Assembly: GCA_002307145.1 (NCBI GenBank)
Contig: DBTR01000033.1
Location: forward strand, 25,299 to 89,298
Reading direction: 5' to 3'
Length of the DNA: 64,000 nucleotides
Origin: Rhodospirillum sp. UBA1311
GTDB taxonomy: Bacteria > Pseudomonadota > Alphaproteobacteria > Rhodospirillales > Rhodospirillaceae
The notes below the pieces were generated by a model. It did no database searches and was not told the origin of the DNA. It was given only the letters and a program-made list of their open reading frames with translations. A program made the translations under genes and the position numbers. Positions 30,295 to 40,845 of the stretch are shown one piece after another (within the stretch, counting starts at the first letter, position 1; each line of letters opens with the position of its first letter).

Positions 30295-31458
30295 TTATCG
30301 GCTGATGCTGTTGAAGGTGATGCGCGCGGCGCGCTGGTTGCGCGCGTCGGAAACCTGAAGCGCGGCGATCGCCGCAGCCGCAAGCCCGGAGCCCTCCACG
30401 AGCCAGACGCCCGCAGCAGTGACGCGCGCCCACGCTGCGCCGTAGGGCGGCAGGGTGAGCGGCACGGCTCCATGCGCTGAATAGGCCGTGGCGCCGGAGG
30501 TCTTCGAGATCACCACCGGGAGGGTGGGCGAGGTATTGAGGATCAGCGCCCATCCGCCGACGTCGGCGGAGGTGGTGGTGTGCTGGAGAACGATATTCTT
30601 TCCCGGCGAAGCGATGATGTTCCCGAGATGCGCCGATGCGAGAGAAAGCGTGTTGGAGATCAGGATCGTCGGAAGCCCGATCTGCCCAGCCACATAAGCG
30701 GCAACCCAAACGGTGCCGATGTAGAGCTTCATGATCCCATCGACGGTGTTGAAGTACAGCGCGCCGCCAGCCAGGGGATCGCCGTCATTATCCGTCGCGG
30801 GGTCGGCAGCCTTCGGGCCAAGATAGCGATCATCGAAGTGGTCGAGCGCATCGAGGGTGACGTCGCGCGCGGCTTCAGATTGGGCCTTGGCAATTTCGGA
30901 GGCGGTTTGCGCAGCCTGCGCCGCCGATACCTTGCCGTCGAGAAGTGCCGCAGCCTCGGCGACCGCTGAAGCGGCCGCCTCATCGGCCTCCAAGGCGGAT
31001 TCGGCCGCGGCAGACGCCGCGATGTTCACGGAGGAAATCAGGGCATCGGCGGATTGACCCGAGGACACCTGTACCTTGGCGGAGCGGTCGACAGCTTCCT
31101 GGATCTCTTGGATCATCATCACGACGCTGTCGAGCACCGCCTCGATCGCCTTTAGGTAAAGCCCTCCCTGGTTCGCCAAGGCGGTTTCCTGCACACGGGG
31201 AACCCGGCGCAGCAGGGTGATCTTCCAGCCTTCCGCCAAGGGGGTGCCGGAGAGCGGATAGATGACGGTGCCACCCTCCTCGCCGACGCCGGAAACGGTA
31301 TAAAGAGAACTGTCGAGCGGCGCGCTCTCGGCGCCGTTGGCGTCGGTGAGGATCACGGTGAGGTGCTCCGCCGAACCGATGCGGAAATGGTAGGGCCACG
31401 ACGTCGCAGCGCCGTTGCCCTCCCAAGTGTTCTTGGTGAGGGTCGAGGAAATGCTCAT
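30295..31458 (-). CDS. Tail fibre protein with podovirus N-terminal adaptor domain
   Basis: WEGNGAATSWPYHF, ITLLRRVPRVQE; FDDRYLGPK...DNDG...GALYFN motif. Confidence 0.8.
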   Translation of the reverse strand: MSISSTLTKNTWEGNGAATSWPYHFRIGSAEHLTVILTDANGAESAPLDSSLYTVSGVGEEGGTVIYPLSGTPLAEGWKITLLRRVPRVQETALANQGGLYLKAIEAVLDSVVMMIQEIQEAVDRSAKVQVSSGQSADALISSVNIAASAAAESALEADEAAASAVAEAAALLDGKVSAAQAAQTASEIAKAQSEAARDVTLDALDHFDDRYLGPKAADPATDNDGDPLAGGALYFNTVDGIMKLYIGTVWVAAYVAGQIGLPTILISNTLSLASAHLGNIIASPGKNIVLQHTTTSADVGGWALILNTSPTLPVVISKTSGATAYSAHGAVPLTLPPYGAAWARVTAAGVWLVEGSGLAAAAIAALQVSDARNQRAARITFNSISR

Positions 31459-31472
31459 CGGTTTCTCCGGGG

Positions 31473-34400
31473 TCAGTGCTGCGAACGGATCAGGTAGTCG
31501 ACGAGGGGCACGTCCTCGCCCTTCGATGCGCGCTCCATGGCGGAGATCGCCACGTTGATCTGCCCGGCCGGGATCTTGACCGGGCTGACGACATTGCCGC
31601 CGGCGACCATGTACTTCACGAACGAAAGCAAGTTCACATCGCGGTTAGGATCAGCGGCATCCCTCGCCGTGCGAGCGACAGATTTGAGAGCGTCGCCTAC
31701 CGCACCGAGGCTACGGGCAGGGCCTGGGGCGGCATCGAAGCCCTGGATCGTGCTCGCGATCTCACGAGCGAAGGGCAGCGCTCCCATCATCGTCGAAACA
31801 CCGGACCAAAGGCCGTGGGCGACGTAGTCGGTCCAATCCTTGTCATCATCGCCCGCGCCGTCGTCGTCGCCGAACAGCATCCCCGGCAAGCCGAGCAGAG
31901 CTTCGCCAAGCAGGGTTTCGACCCAGAACAGCATCAGGTAATCAGCAGCGAGCGACGCCACGGCGGCCGGGTTTTTGAAGTCCGTTCCGGTGGTCTTGCG
32001 CATCGCGACGTTGAGCTTGGTGTTGAAGTAGCTGTAGAAGGTCGTCCACAGCTTCACGGTTTCGGAAAGGCGGACGTTCGGGCTCCACGTTCCACGCTCG
32101 AAAGCCGAGAGCGACGACATCAGCCCCGAACCCTGGGAAGCTTCGACGAAGCTGTCGGCGATCTTCACCGCTCGCTCCTCGGCCTCGCCTGCCGCCAACG
32201 CCTTGTTGTAGGCACCAAGCCAGGTCGGAACGTCGACCTGCTGCTGCATCTTCACGATCGGCCAGAACATCACCTGCACCGCACGGTCGCGCAGGCCATC
32301 GCCCTTGAACCTCGCCAGGGTGTCGCGAATATCGCGCTGCTGGGTTTCCGCGCGGGTGCGCATGAAGTCCGACAGCGCGTGCACGGTGCGCGTCGCCTCC
32401 GCCGGGTTGCGGACGAAGGTGGAAAAGCCCTGCCAAGCCCACCGCTTGCCGAGTTCCACTGCGGTTTGGGTGAAGCCGGTCACCTGCACCAGCGAGGTGC
32501 TGACCTTCAGCCCCATCGCGCCGAGGCTCAGCGACGACCGCAGGCCGCGCAGCATGCGAGAGGGGCTTTCGAAGGCCTGCACCTGCCCCACCGCGGTGTC
32601 CTTCAGCCACATGTCCAGGCCGCGCACGGCGTCGAGCCCAAGGTGCTGCGCGATCGCGGTCTTGACCTCGGGATGGTTCAGAAGCTTCCAGGCGTCGTGC
32701 ACCGCGGGCCACATCGCGAGATCGGTCACCACCTGGTCGACGTGCTGCTCGATCACGCCGAGCGACAGCTTAACCGATTGACCACCCGAGCCGACGCGCT
32801 CCTTGGTGTGGCCGTGGCGGGTGTTGGCGGAGCCGAAGCGTCCGGTCGCCATGCTCTTGAACTGCTCGTCGATGTCGTTTTCGGAGGTCCGCACCGACAT
32901 CTCGGCGTCGTACTTCAGCGGATAGTAGCCGCCGCCAATCTCAAGCGTCTTGCCGTCGGCGGTCTGGACGGTGAAGGCCGAAGCCTCGACCTTCGGCGGC
33001 GCGATCCCCTTGCGCGTCTTTTCCAGCGCGGCGATCTCCGGCCAGAACCGATCGAGATAGTCCCAGGTGTCCTGGACGAAGGCCCAATCCCGCGCCTTCA
33101 GGGTTGCGAGGATGGCGCGATAGTCGGCCTCGCCCCAACGGCGCTGCCTGTCGTTGACCAGCGCGGCGCGGTTATCCTCGTTGCCCCAGTTGAGAGCGAT
33201 CGCCAGCCGCTCGTCGAGCCGGAGGGACACGCCGATAGACGGGATGAACACGGCGGTGTTCTCGCCGGTCAGCCGTTCCAGCCCCCTGCCCTTGCCGTAG
33301 TGCTTGGCGGCGAGTTCGGCAAAGGCTTCGCCCTCCGCCTTCAGGCGCCAGAACCGCGCCACCTCGGCGTTGCGGATCGGTTCCAGCAGGTGGCGATCCC
33401 ACCAGCCGCCACGCTTGAACCCGTCCATCGTCTCGATCCAGGTCCGCGCCTTGGTCAGCAGGGCAAAGTAATTCTGCGCGTAGCGTTGCGCCCGCATCAG
33501 CACGTCGTCGCGGCTGGGGTTGGCGACGAACTTGCGCGGCGCGACGTTCGCGGCGATCACCCCCGCACCTTCGGCGGCGGCCTCATCGAGGGTCTTCTTC
33601 TCCCGCGCGCGCAGCAGCTTGTTCTTGAAGCGGGCGACGTGGGCGATGCTCATCAGGGCATCATGCACGCCCCTCAGGGTCTCCATCGGCAGGTCGCGGT
33701 AGTTCACCATCGCGGCATCGTCGAGGACCGCCTGGGGGATTTCCGGCAGAACCTCTCCAGCCGCTTCCTTGGCCGCGAGCCACTGACGGAGGGCGGCGCG
33801 GCGGTCGAGACGGCCAGGAGCTACGCCCCGGAATTCGTACTGGTCGAGGATGTCGTCGATCCGTTCGAGGTAATCCGCTCCGGCCTTTCCGATCGCCTGG
33901 CGCGTCGCCTTCTGCGAGAACTTTCGGACGTCGGCGGTGATCCGGTCGACGTCGCTCGCAGCCTTCAGGCTCTCGCGTTGGAGGTAGAACGCCATCAACT
34001 GCCGTTGCTTGGCCTCGACCGCTGCGGCGGTGTCGCGCGCGACAAGCGCCTTTTCGTAGTCCCGCGCCGCGCGCCGCTCCTGTTGCCGGAAACGCCCGGA
34101 TTTTGCGGCCTCGCGCGCCTTCATCTTACCGATCGCCCGCTTCGCGGCGTCACGCAGCACTGCGGCCGGGGCGGGTTGCTTGACCCGCTTGCCGCCGACG
34201 CGCGCCAGAGCCGCCAACTCGGCGGCGAGGAATTCGCCCCGGGCATCGTCGTGAATCGCTTCGAGCGCCTTCCGCTCCAGCGAGCCGTCGGTGAGGATGT
34301 CGCCGTGACGTTCCTTCATCACCGCATCGGTCTCGCGGCGGATCACCGCATACATGTCTTCGGCGGAGATTAGCGCGCGCACGAATTCGTCGCCCGAGGA

Positions 34401-37400
34401 GTAGCCGAACTGGGAGGCGAGAAGGTGGTGCGAGACGCCGCCTTCACGCGAATAGATGTGCGGCCCCCAGGCCTGTCGCTTGCCGTTCTTCGGCCCCGGC
34501 AGACGGGCCAGGACCTCCTCGCCGAATTCCTCGACGAGGGCGGCGCGATCGAGCTTGACCCGGCTGGCTTCCGAGCCGTCAGGGCGGCGCCCATGCATCA
34601 AGAGCGCCAGCGCGGCGTAGACCGGGCGACGGCGAACCTCGGCGTCCACACCTTCCTCGACCTTCGCCCGCTCGGCCTTCCAGGTGGCGGTTTCCGCGCG
34701 CTTCATCTCGCCGAGGATCTGGCGTTCGAGCGCAGTCTTCGCCTCCTCGGTCGCTCTGCCGCTGAGGCGTTCGAGCGCCGCAGTTTCTGCGGGCGTGAGG
34801 ACGGCCCGCACAGCATCGGCCACCGCATAACGTTCGGCGTTTTCCGCTTCCGCGATCGCGCCGTCGGCGGCCAGCAGGCGGTCGAACACCCCGCGCACCT
34901 CCGGTGTGAGGTCGACATGGAGACCGCGCAACGAGCGATAGGTGTTGAGAAGCCAAGCTTTGAACCGCGCGAACGCATCGCGCAGCGCGGCAGACGGGGC
35001 CTTTCCCTCCATCAGGTAGGCCTCGAACCCACGCGCCCAGGTCTCGTGCTGCTCACGGGTGAGCGCCGCGTGAATGGCGTCGGAACCGGATTCGGAAACC
35101 TTGATATCCGCGCCGATGAAATCGAGCGCGGTCTGGAGGTCGGCTTGCAGTTGCGCCCGCGCCTCCGGGTTCGCGCGCGGATCGAAGGCGTCGTCGATCA
35201 TCTGGAACATCCAGAAATGACCGCTCTCGTGCAGGAAGGTCGAGAGGTCGGCGCGCTCGGTCAGGCGGATCAGGTTGGCCGGGTGACCGTAGGGATCGAG
35301 CGCACGCAAGAACGCGCCGCGCACTCCCATGCTGCCGTCAGGCTGATAGAAGACGTCGCCGTGAGCCTTGATAACGTCGGAGCGGGAGAGTATCTTCTTC
35401 GTACGACCTCGCTGACCAGAGGCTTCGTGCTGTTGGCGTCCCTGAGACGCCTGCCCCTCGGAATTAGACCGTTGGGTAATCAGGTCAGCGGGGTCATTTC
35501 CGTTTCTGGAATAGACCACATCACCACGACGAGCGGCTTCCGCCCATCGGTCCGCGATCCATTTCGCGCCATCAACACCGTCAACTCCGCTCCCCTTGCC
35601 ATAAACGCTCAACACCACGTTCATTCGGTCGCCAGCCTGATTCCGGCTGTCCGCCAGGATCGGAACGATGATCGGCTTTCCATCGGTTCCTTTGACGTTG
35701 ACGACCACCACGAACGAACCGTCACCTTTTCCCGAAGGGAAGATGAACACAGGATCGGCCACGAGGTTGGGAAGATCGTTCCACGTTTCCGCCGATACCT
35801 CCGGGTGCTCCGCCATCGCTTTGCGAATTTTCCCCGCGAGCATCACAAGGTTGGCCTTGGGGAAGCCGAGCGCACGCAATACCGGATACGTCCGGCCGAG
35901 CCGGATTAACTGCCCACCGGGAGCGGATCCGGACCGAACAGCGGCGACGCGCTTCTGCCAGTGCGCCGCGTCCTTGGCAAAGGCCTCCTGCGACAAAACC
36001 ATGCCGCCCGCCTCATGCTCGAACTGCTTCAGCGCATCACGGATTTCCACGTCGGTCGCGGTGTCGGGGTCGAGTCCCTCAGCCCGCAGCACCTCGCGCA
36101 ACTGCGCCACCGGCTCGTCGAGACGCGACGCGCGCGCCTGTTCGTCGTGGGTGCGCAGCGGGTTTCCCGTCCACTCGCCGAGGATCGCATCGAGCACCGC
36201 CTGGCGATCGGCATAGCCGTTGGCGTCGCCCTGGAGGTTGTCGGCAAGCGCGGGATGCTCCGCCGCGACGAGATTGTCGACGTCTCCGACGCCGCGCCCC
36301 TCGGCGAACAAGCCGGGGAAGGTCTTTCGGGTGATCCCCATCGCGCCGAGTTCGCCTGCGAGCGGCGTGCCGAGGCGGACACCGCCCTTCGTCTTCAGCA
36401 GCGACAGGATCGGGTATTTCGCCGTGGCGTCCTCGTTGGTGCGCCCGCTCTTCAGCCGGTCGATCACCAACGTGAGATCGTCCCGCGCCGCGACTTGCCG
36501 CGCGAGGTCGGCGTTCGGCCCCTCGATCGCGGGATTGTCTTCGTTGAAGAGGGCGAGCGGGTCCCCGCCGAGCGCTGCGGCCCGGGTGCGGTAGCGCTCC
36601 TGCCAGAGCGTCGCCTGTTGCCGCGCCACTTCAGGGGTTGCGCCCGCGTTGGTGAGCATTTCATAAGTGCGGTCGTAGACGGCTTGGGTGGTGTCGTTCC
36701 CCTCGGACTGGATCGCGGCGCGTTCGGTGGCCTCGTCGATGGCGCGCTGCCGGTCGCCGTCGGTCCAGGCCTTCGCCTCGGCGGCGGTCATCTCCCCCGC
36801 CACCAACCGCACGTGCGGAACGATCTTCTCCGCGTTCGCACGCGCGACCGCCGACGTCATGAACCGGCCGGTTTCGATGGCGAGGTCGCCGCCGCTGATC
36901 AACGCCTGTTCGAGTTGATCGCCGACACCCCATTCCGCCGCCAAGCGCTGTGCATCTTCAGGAGGGATAGTTCCATCCTGGAACAGCGCCGCCAGTTCGC
37001 GCGCCGGGACATAAACGGTGTCGTTCTCCCCGGCCAGCCGTGAGATCAGTTCGGCGGCCTTGGCGGGATCGCGCGCCGTCAGCTTCGAGTTTCCGACAGC
37101 GTCCATCGCCTGTTTCAGGGCTTTCGCGCGATCGTTGGCGTCGAGGGCATCGGCGTCGGCCTCGATGATGCGACGATGCCGGGGCGTGACGCCCGCGATC
37201 ATCCCGACGAGGCCGCCGACCCCGGCGCCGATCTTGCCAGAGTCGCCCACCCCCTCGGCAAGATCCTGGTCCGGCGCGAACAATGCCTTCGCCGCGGCGT
37301 TCTGGCCGAACTGCTCGGCCATTTCCTGCGTACCCTCGGATGCGGCACGGACGCCTACATTCGCGAGGTAGCGCGCGAAGGTGCCCTTGATCGTGGGCGG

Positions 37401-38222
37401 CAATGCCTCCAGAAGCTGGCCCACGCCCCAACGTTCGGTCGCTCCGGTGATCGCCGCTCCGGCGAGCGTACCGATGTCGCCACCGATCGTACCCTCGGCA
37501 CCCTTGCGTTCGGCGAACTCGGCCATCTGGTCGGCACCCTGCCCGGCCATCGAGCCCCACGACAGCGCCGAGCCGACGCCGCCGGTTGCGACCGCCAAAC
37601 CGATCTGCCCGCCGACCTGCCCCAGCCCGCGCCCGAGTTGCGCGCCGGCGGTGTCGCGGCCGGGGCCGATGGCCTCGCCCGCGTCGACCGCCATCTGGCC
37701 GGGACGGCTCAGGATCTCGCCGGGAGTGAGCCACCACGGCAGCACAGGGGCTTGCAGCGCGTCCGCGACCGCAGTGCCGCCGGCGGCGCGAATGCCCCGC
37801 GAGATCAGCCGACCGGTCGCAGCATTGAGTTCGCCCATGCCCCGCAGGGTGCCGCCCGCGAAGTCGCCGACCGCGCCCTGCCCGAGCCCCTTCACCAGAT
37901 CGAACGCCTGCCCCACCGCACCGACATTGTCGAGATCGTCGTGGACGATGGGAGCATTCTCGGTCATCCAGTCGCCGAGCTGCGGGCGCTTGGCGAGGAA
38001 GGAATCGACCTGCCGCTCGTAGGCGATCTTCCGCAGCTCCTCGGGGTTCCGCTGCGCGACGTCGACGGGAACGCCGAGCACCCCGCCGATCCGCGCCGCT
38101 TCGGCGGACTGGTCGGCATTCTGCCCGGAGGCGAGCGTCAGCGCAGTTCGCGCGCGACCGGTCGCCTCGTCCCCCCGGCGGGCGAGGTAGGCGTCGATCT
38201 GCGGGCCGTAATCGTCGGTCAT
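31473..38222 (-). CDS. Large internal virion/DNA-ejection polyvalent protein (2249 aa) with MuF-C-like and zincin-like HExxH domains
   Basis: Position after the transglycosylase protein; ADLSTFLHESGHFW...HETWARGFEAYLMEGKAPS; MuF-C-like segment at about 35350-35990. Confidence 0.8.
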   Translation of the reverse strand: MTDDYGPQIDAYLARRGDEATGRARTALTLASGQNADQSAEAARIGGVLGVPVDVAQRNPEELRKIAYERQVDSFLAKRPQLGDWMTENAPIVHDDLDNVGAVGQAFDLVKGLGQGAVGDFAGGTLRGMGELNAATGRLISRGIRAAGGTAVADALQAPVLPWWLTPGEILSRPGQMAVDAGEAIGPGRDTAGAQLGRGLGQVGGQIGLAVATGGVGSALSWGSMAGQGADQMAEFAERKGAEGTIGGDIGTLAGAAITGATERWGVGQLLEALPPTIKGTFARYLANVGVRAASEGTQEMAEQFGQNAAAKALFAPDQDLAEGVGDSGKIGAGVGGLVGMIAGVTPRHRRIIEADADALDANDRAKALKQAMDAVGNSKLTARDPAKAAELISRLAGENDTVYVPARELAALFQDGTIPPEDAQRLAAEWGVGDQLEQALISGGDLAIETGRFMTSAVARANAEKIVPHVRLVAGEMTAAEAKAWTDGDRQRAIDEATERAAIQSEGNDTTQAVYDRTYEMLTNAGATPEVARQQATLWQERYRTRAAALGGDPLALFNEDNPAIEGPNADLARQVAARDDLTLVIDRLKSGRTNEDATAKYPILSLLKTKGGVRLGTPLAGELGAMGITRKTFPGLFAEGRGVGDVDNLVAAEHPALADNLQGDANGYADRQAVLDAILGEWTGNPLRTHDEQARASRLDEPVAQLREVLRAEGLDPDTATDVEIRDALKQFEHEAGGMVLSQEAFAKDAAHWQKRVAAVRSGSAPGGQLIRLGRTYPVLRALGFPKANLVMLAGKIRKAMAEHPEVSAETWNDLPNLVADPVFIFPSGKGDGSFVVVVNVKGTDGKPIIVPILADSRNQAGDRMNVVLSVYGKGSGVDGVDGAKWIADRWAEAARRGDVVYSRNGNDPADLITQRSNSEGQASQGRQQHEASGQRGRTKKILSRSDVIKAHGDVFYQPDGSMGVRGAFLRALDPYGHPANLIRLTERADLSTFLHESGHFWMFQMIDDAFDPRANPEARAQLQADLQTALDFIGADIKVSESGSDAIHAALTREQHETWARGFEAYLMEGKAPSAALRDAFARFKAWLLNTYRSLRGLHVDLTPEVRGVFDRLLAADGAIAEAENAERYAVADAVRAVLTPAETAALERLSGRATEEAKTALERQILGEMKRAETATWKAERAKVEEGVDAEVRRRPVYAALALLMHGRRPDGSEASRVKLDRAALVEEFGEEVLARLPGPKNGKRQAWGPHIYSREGGVSHHLLASQFGYSSGDEFVRALISAEDMYAVIRRETDAVMKERHGDILTDGSLERKALEAIHDDARGEFLAAELAALARVGGKRVKQPAPAAVLRDAAKRAIGKMKAREAAKSGRFRQQERRAARDYEKALVARDTAAAVEAKQRQLMAFYLQRESLKAASDVDRITADVRKFSQKATRQAIGKAGADYLERIDDILDQYEFRGVAPGRLDRRAALRQWLAAKEAAGEVLPEIPQAVLDDAAMVNYRDLPMETLRGVHDALMSIAHVARFKNKLLRAREKKTLDEAAAEGAGVIAANVAPRKFVANPSRDDVLMRAQRYAQNYFALLTKARTWIETMDGFKRGGWWDRHLLEPIRNAEVARFWRLKAEGEAFAELAAKHYGKGRGLERLTGENTAVFIPSIGVSLRLDERLAIALNWGNEDNRAALVNDRQRRWGEADYRAILATLKARDWAFVQDTWDYLDRFWPEIAALEKTRKGIAPPKVEASAFTVQTADGKTLEIGGGYYPLKYDAEMSVRTSENDIDEQFKSMATGRFGSANTRHGHTKERVGSGGQSVKLSLGVIEQHVDQVVTDLAMWPAVHDAWKLLNHPEVKTAIAQHLGLDAVRGLDMWLKDTAVGQVQAFESPSRMLRGLRSSLSLGAMGLKVSTSLVQVTGFTQTAVELGKRWAWQGFSTFVRNPAEATRTVHALSDFMRTRAETQQRDIRDTLARFKGDGLRDRAVQVMFWPIVKMQQQVDVPTWLGAYNKALAAGEAEERAVKIADSFVEASQGSGLMSSLSAFERGTWSPNVRLSETVKLWTTFYSYFNTKLNVAMRKTTGTDFKNPAAVASLAADYLMLFWVETLLGEALLGLPGMLFGDDDGAGDDDKDWTDYVAHGLWSGVSTMMGALPFAREIASTIQGFDAAPGPARSLGAVGDALKSVARTARDAADPNRDVNLLSFVKYMVAGGNVVSPVKIPAGQINVAISAMERASKGEDVPLVDYLIRSQH

Positions 38223-40240
38223 TGCGTGCCCCCGAGATTGATCTGGAAGAAGGCGTCGAGAACCGCCTGGTCCGGAGCCCCCGGAGCCTTGGCGCGGAAC
38301 GCCTGGACGAAGCCCTTCGGCACATCCGAGATATCTCTAATCTTTGCGAGGCCGGTCTTGCTCTCGCCCCAGAAGCCGTTCCGGGCCACATCGAGCGCCA
38401 GCCGGTCAACGATCTTCTGGCGATCATCGAATGTCGGCTTCTTGCCGCTCTGCTCGCCAAAATCGTCAACGGCGAGTGCGATCTGACGGGAGAGACGGCC
38501 GCGCGCGGTCTTGTCCTTGATCCCAAGCTGATCGAACATGTCGCCCATCTGCTGATCGAGGGTTCCGGCACCGAAGTCCTTACCCTTTCCGGCCTCCTCC
38601 TGCCACTTGCCCACTTCCTTGAATTCGGCGTCGCCGAGCTTGTCCCGTAGGGTGATCAACGGAACTGCCGCGAACGCCTTCGGATTCTCGCTTTTGAGCG
38701 CTCGCAGATCCTCGTACACACCCCAGTCGGTTTCCGCCGGCGGGCCCTTGCGCATCGCCTGCGCGGCAGTCCAAAGCGTAGGCATCTTCTCGACCACGGC
38801 CGGGTTACTGCGGAGGGTTCGCGGAAACTGGTCCGGAGTCACGCCCTGGCCGATCAGCGCGTTCGCCTGACGAAGCACCTGTTCGTCCTCCGCCTTCTGC
38901 GCTTTTTCCGTCTCCGCGAGACGCACGCGCGCGAGGCGCTCGTTGGCGTCGGCTTGGGCGAGATCGTCACCCGCCGCCGCGCGCGCGCGCGCCACCACGG
39001 CGTCGGCCTGAGGCATGCGCCGCGCGCCGACGTCCGCCAGCACCGAGGCCACATAATCGCGAGTCTCGGCGAACGGAATCTTGGCGATCCAAGCCGCATC
39101 GGAAACCTTGCCGGTGCGCGGGTCGCCTTGGGTCTTCAGCCATTCGTCGATCCGCGCGGGACCGGCGTTGTAGGCCGCCAGGGCAAGCACGGGACTGCCG
39201 TCATAACGATCGGTCATCGCTTTCAGATACTCGCGACCGACGCGGGCGCGTTCCTCCAGGCTGTCATCTTGCGCGGGGGCCACGCCGAAGCCGGGATCGC
39301 GATTGGTTCCGTCCATCACCTGCATGCGTCCCTTTGCTCCGGCGGAAGAGGTCAGCACCACACCGTCGGCACCGAGATCGCGCCCCCCACTTTCCTGCCG
39401 TTCTACGGCTGCAGTGAGGGTGTCGACGTCGAGCCCGGGGGAGAACGCCCGCGCGACCGCATCGCGCGCATGGGCGTCCCGCGCTGCCGTCTTGACCGCC
39501 TTGTGGACCTGCGCCCAGTCGCCCCCCTGCATCGCCCCGGCATGGTCGGCTAGGTATTTTTCGGCGGCGACAGGGTCGCTGTCGGTCATCCTCAACGCAA
39601 CGCGGCGATGCACGTCGGAGGTCGCCGTGCGCAACCGCTCCTGCGTCACCTCGGGCGCCCAGCCGTTTCGTCGCGACATGTCGAGGATCTCGCCGCGAAT
39701 TCCGGAAAGCCGAAGCCCAAGATCGGAAGGCCGCGCCCAGTTGTCCTCAGCTTCGGTGCCGAGATTGGCGATACGCGCTTCCGACGACTGGTTGTCGTAG
39801 GCCAGCGCCTCGCGGTTACGGTGGTCGCCAATCTGCGCCGAGAGGCCCGCCAGTCGTGAGGTAACCACGCGGCGATACATCCGCTTGGCCTGATCGTCCA
39901 AGCCATCCTCGTGTTGCCGGGCAAGGTCTTCAAGCGACACCACGGTTTCGTCGGTCGCATCAATCGCATCCCGCCCGCGTTTCGCGTAATAGCCGGTCTC
40001 GGGCGCGTGCAGGAGTTGGTTCGTCGCCGCCATGAACTGGGTATCGGCATCCTTCGCTCGGGCTTCCGCGATTAGGCTGTCGGTCTGGTCGACCTGCCCG
40101 GCGATCGCGACCATGCCCTGTCCGGCGCGCTGGAGCGCCTGCCCCTGCTCGGCGCCGAAGGCTGCGGCACTGGCGCGCGGCTGCGGCGCCGACGGCAGCG
40201 CGCGCGCCTGCACTTGCCCAGGCTGATAGCGTTCGACCAT
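38219..40240 (-). CDS. Internal virion protein with lytic transglycosylase (SLT) domain
   Basis: QESGG, AKGRMQVM, ALAAYNAGP, ETRDYV. Confidence 0.85.
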   Translation of the reverse strand: MVERYQPGQVQARALPSAPQPRASAAAFGAEQGQALQRAGQGMVAIAGQVDQTDSLIAEARAKDADTQFMAATNQLLHAPETGYYAKRGRDAIDATDETVVSLEDLARQHEDGLDDQAKRMYRRVVTSRLAGLSAQIGDHRNREALAYDNQSSEARIANLGTEAEDNWARPSDLGLRLSGIRGEILDMSRRNGWAPEVTQERLRTATSDVHRRVALRMTDSDPVAAEKYLADHAGAMQGGDWAQVHKAVKTAARDAHARDAVARAFSPGLDVDTLTAAVERQESGGRDLGADGVVLTSSAGAKGRMQVMDGTNRDPGFGVAPAQDDSLEERARVGREYLKAMTDRYDGSPVLALAAYNAGPARIDEWLKTQGDPRTGKVSDAAWIAKIPFAETRDYVASVLADVGARRMPQADAVVARARAAAGDDLAQADANERLARVRLAETEKAQKAEDEQVLRQANALIGQGVTPDQFPRTLRSNPAVVEKMPTLWTAAQAMRKGPPAETDWGVYEDLRALKSENPKAFAAVPLITLRDKLGDAEFKEVGKWQEEAGKGKDFGAGTLDQQMGDMFDQLGIKDKTARGRLSRQIALAVDDFGEQSGKKPTFDDRQKIVDRLALDVARNGFWGESKTGLAKIRDISDVPKGFVQAFRAKAPGAPDQAVLDAFFQINLGGTQ

Positions 40241-40243
40241 GGC

Positions 40244-40843
40244 TCAGTACCCCGTTCCGCTACGCCGATACCAGCGATCGGCGACGGTGCCAAAGCCGGT
40301 CAGGATCGAGCCGCCCGCCTGGAGCGGCAAGGCCGCCGACGACCATCCGGCCTCCGCGCTCGAAAGCCCGGCCTGCGCGTTCTGCCCCGCCGCCTGCGCG
40401 CGGTAGCCCCACGCCTCTTTCGCCGCGTTCGAGCGGATCGTCAGGGCGTCGAGTTCGCCGTAACCGGCGGTATCTTCGAGGGTGTCGACGAACGACCCGG
40501 AATCGAGCGAGACCCCGGATGCCCCCATGCTGGCGCGCTGCTGCCCGACGAGTTGGTTGGTCTTGAGGCGCTGCTGGCGTTCGGCGATCTCGCCGCGGGC
40601 GAGAGCGTCGTCGGCTTGGTAGCCCGCGACCTTCGCCTGGTTCGCGGCGACTTTGGCGTCGTATTCCGATTTCGCCTTGCTCGCTTGGCTGCTCTGGATC
40701 ATCCCCCCGAGACCCGCGATCGCGCCGACGCCACCCAGCACGTCCATCAGTCCGAGCGCGCCGACGAATCCGGCCTCACCAGCCGCAGCCCCTGCGGTGC
40801 CGAATGCGGCAGTCATCGCGGTAGCGGAAATGAGTTCGCACAT
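40244..40843 (-). CDS. Internal virion (core) protein, T7 gp14-like
   Basis: MCELISATAM start; GQQRASMGASGVSLDSGS, DALTIRSNA motifs. Confidence 0.75.
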   Translation of the reverse strand: MCELISATAMTAAFGTAGAAAGEAGFVGALGLMDVLGGVGAIAGLGGMIQSSQASKAKSEYDAKVAANQAKVAGYQADDALARGEIAERQQRLKTNQLVGQQRASMGASGVSLDSGSFVDTLEDTAGYGELDALTIRSNAAKEAWGYRAQAAGQNAQAGLSSAEAGWSSAALPLQAGGSILTGFGTVADRWYRRSGTGY

Positions 40844-40845
40844 GA

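Noticed and set aside
29062-31458. Diversity-generating retroelement as in BPP-1
   Set aside because: No reverse transcriptase and no template/variable repeat pair seen in the window; cannot be excluded beyond 64000
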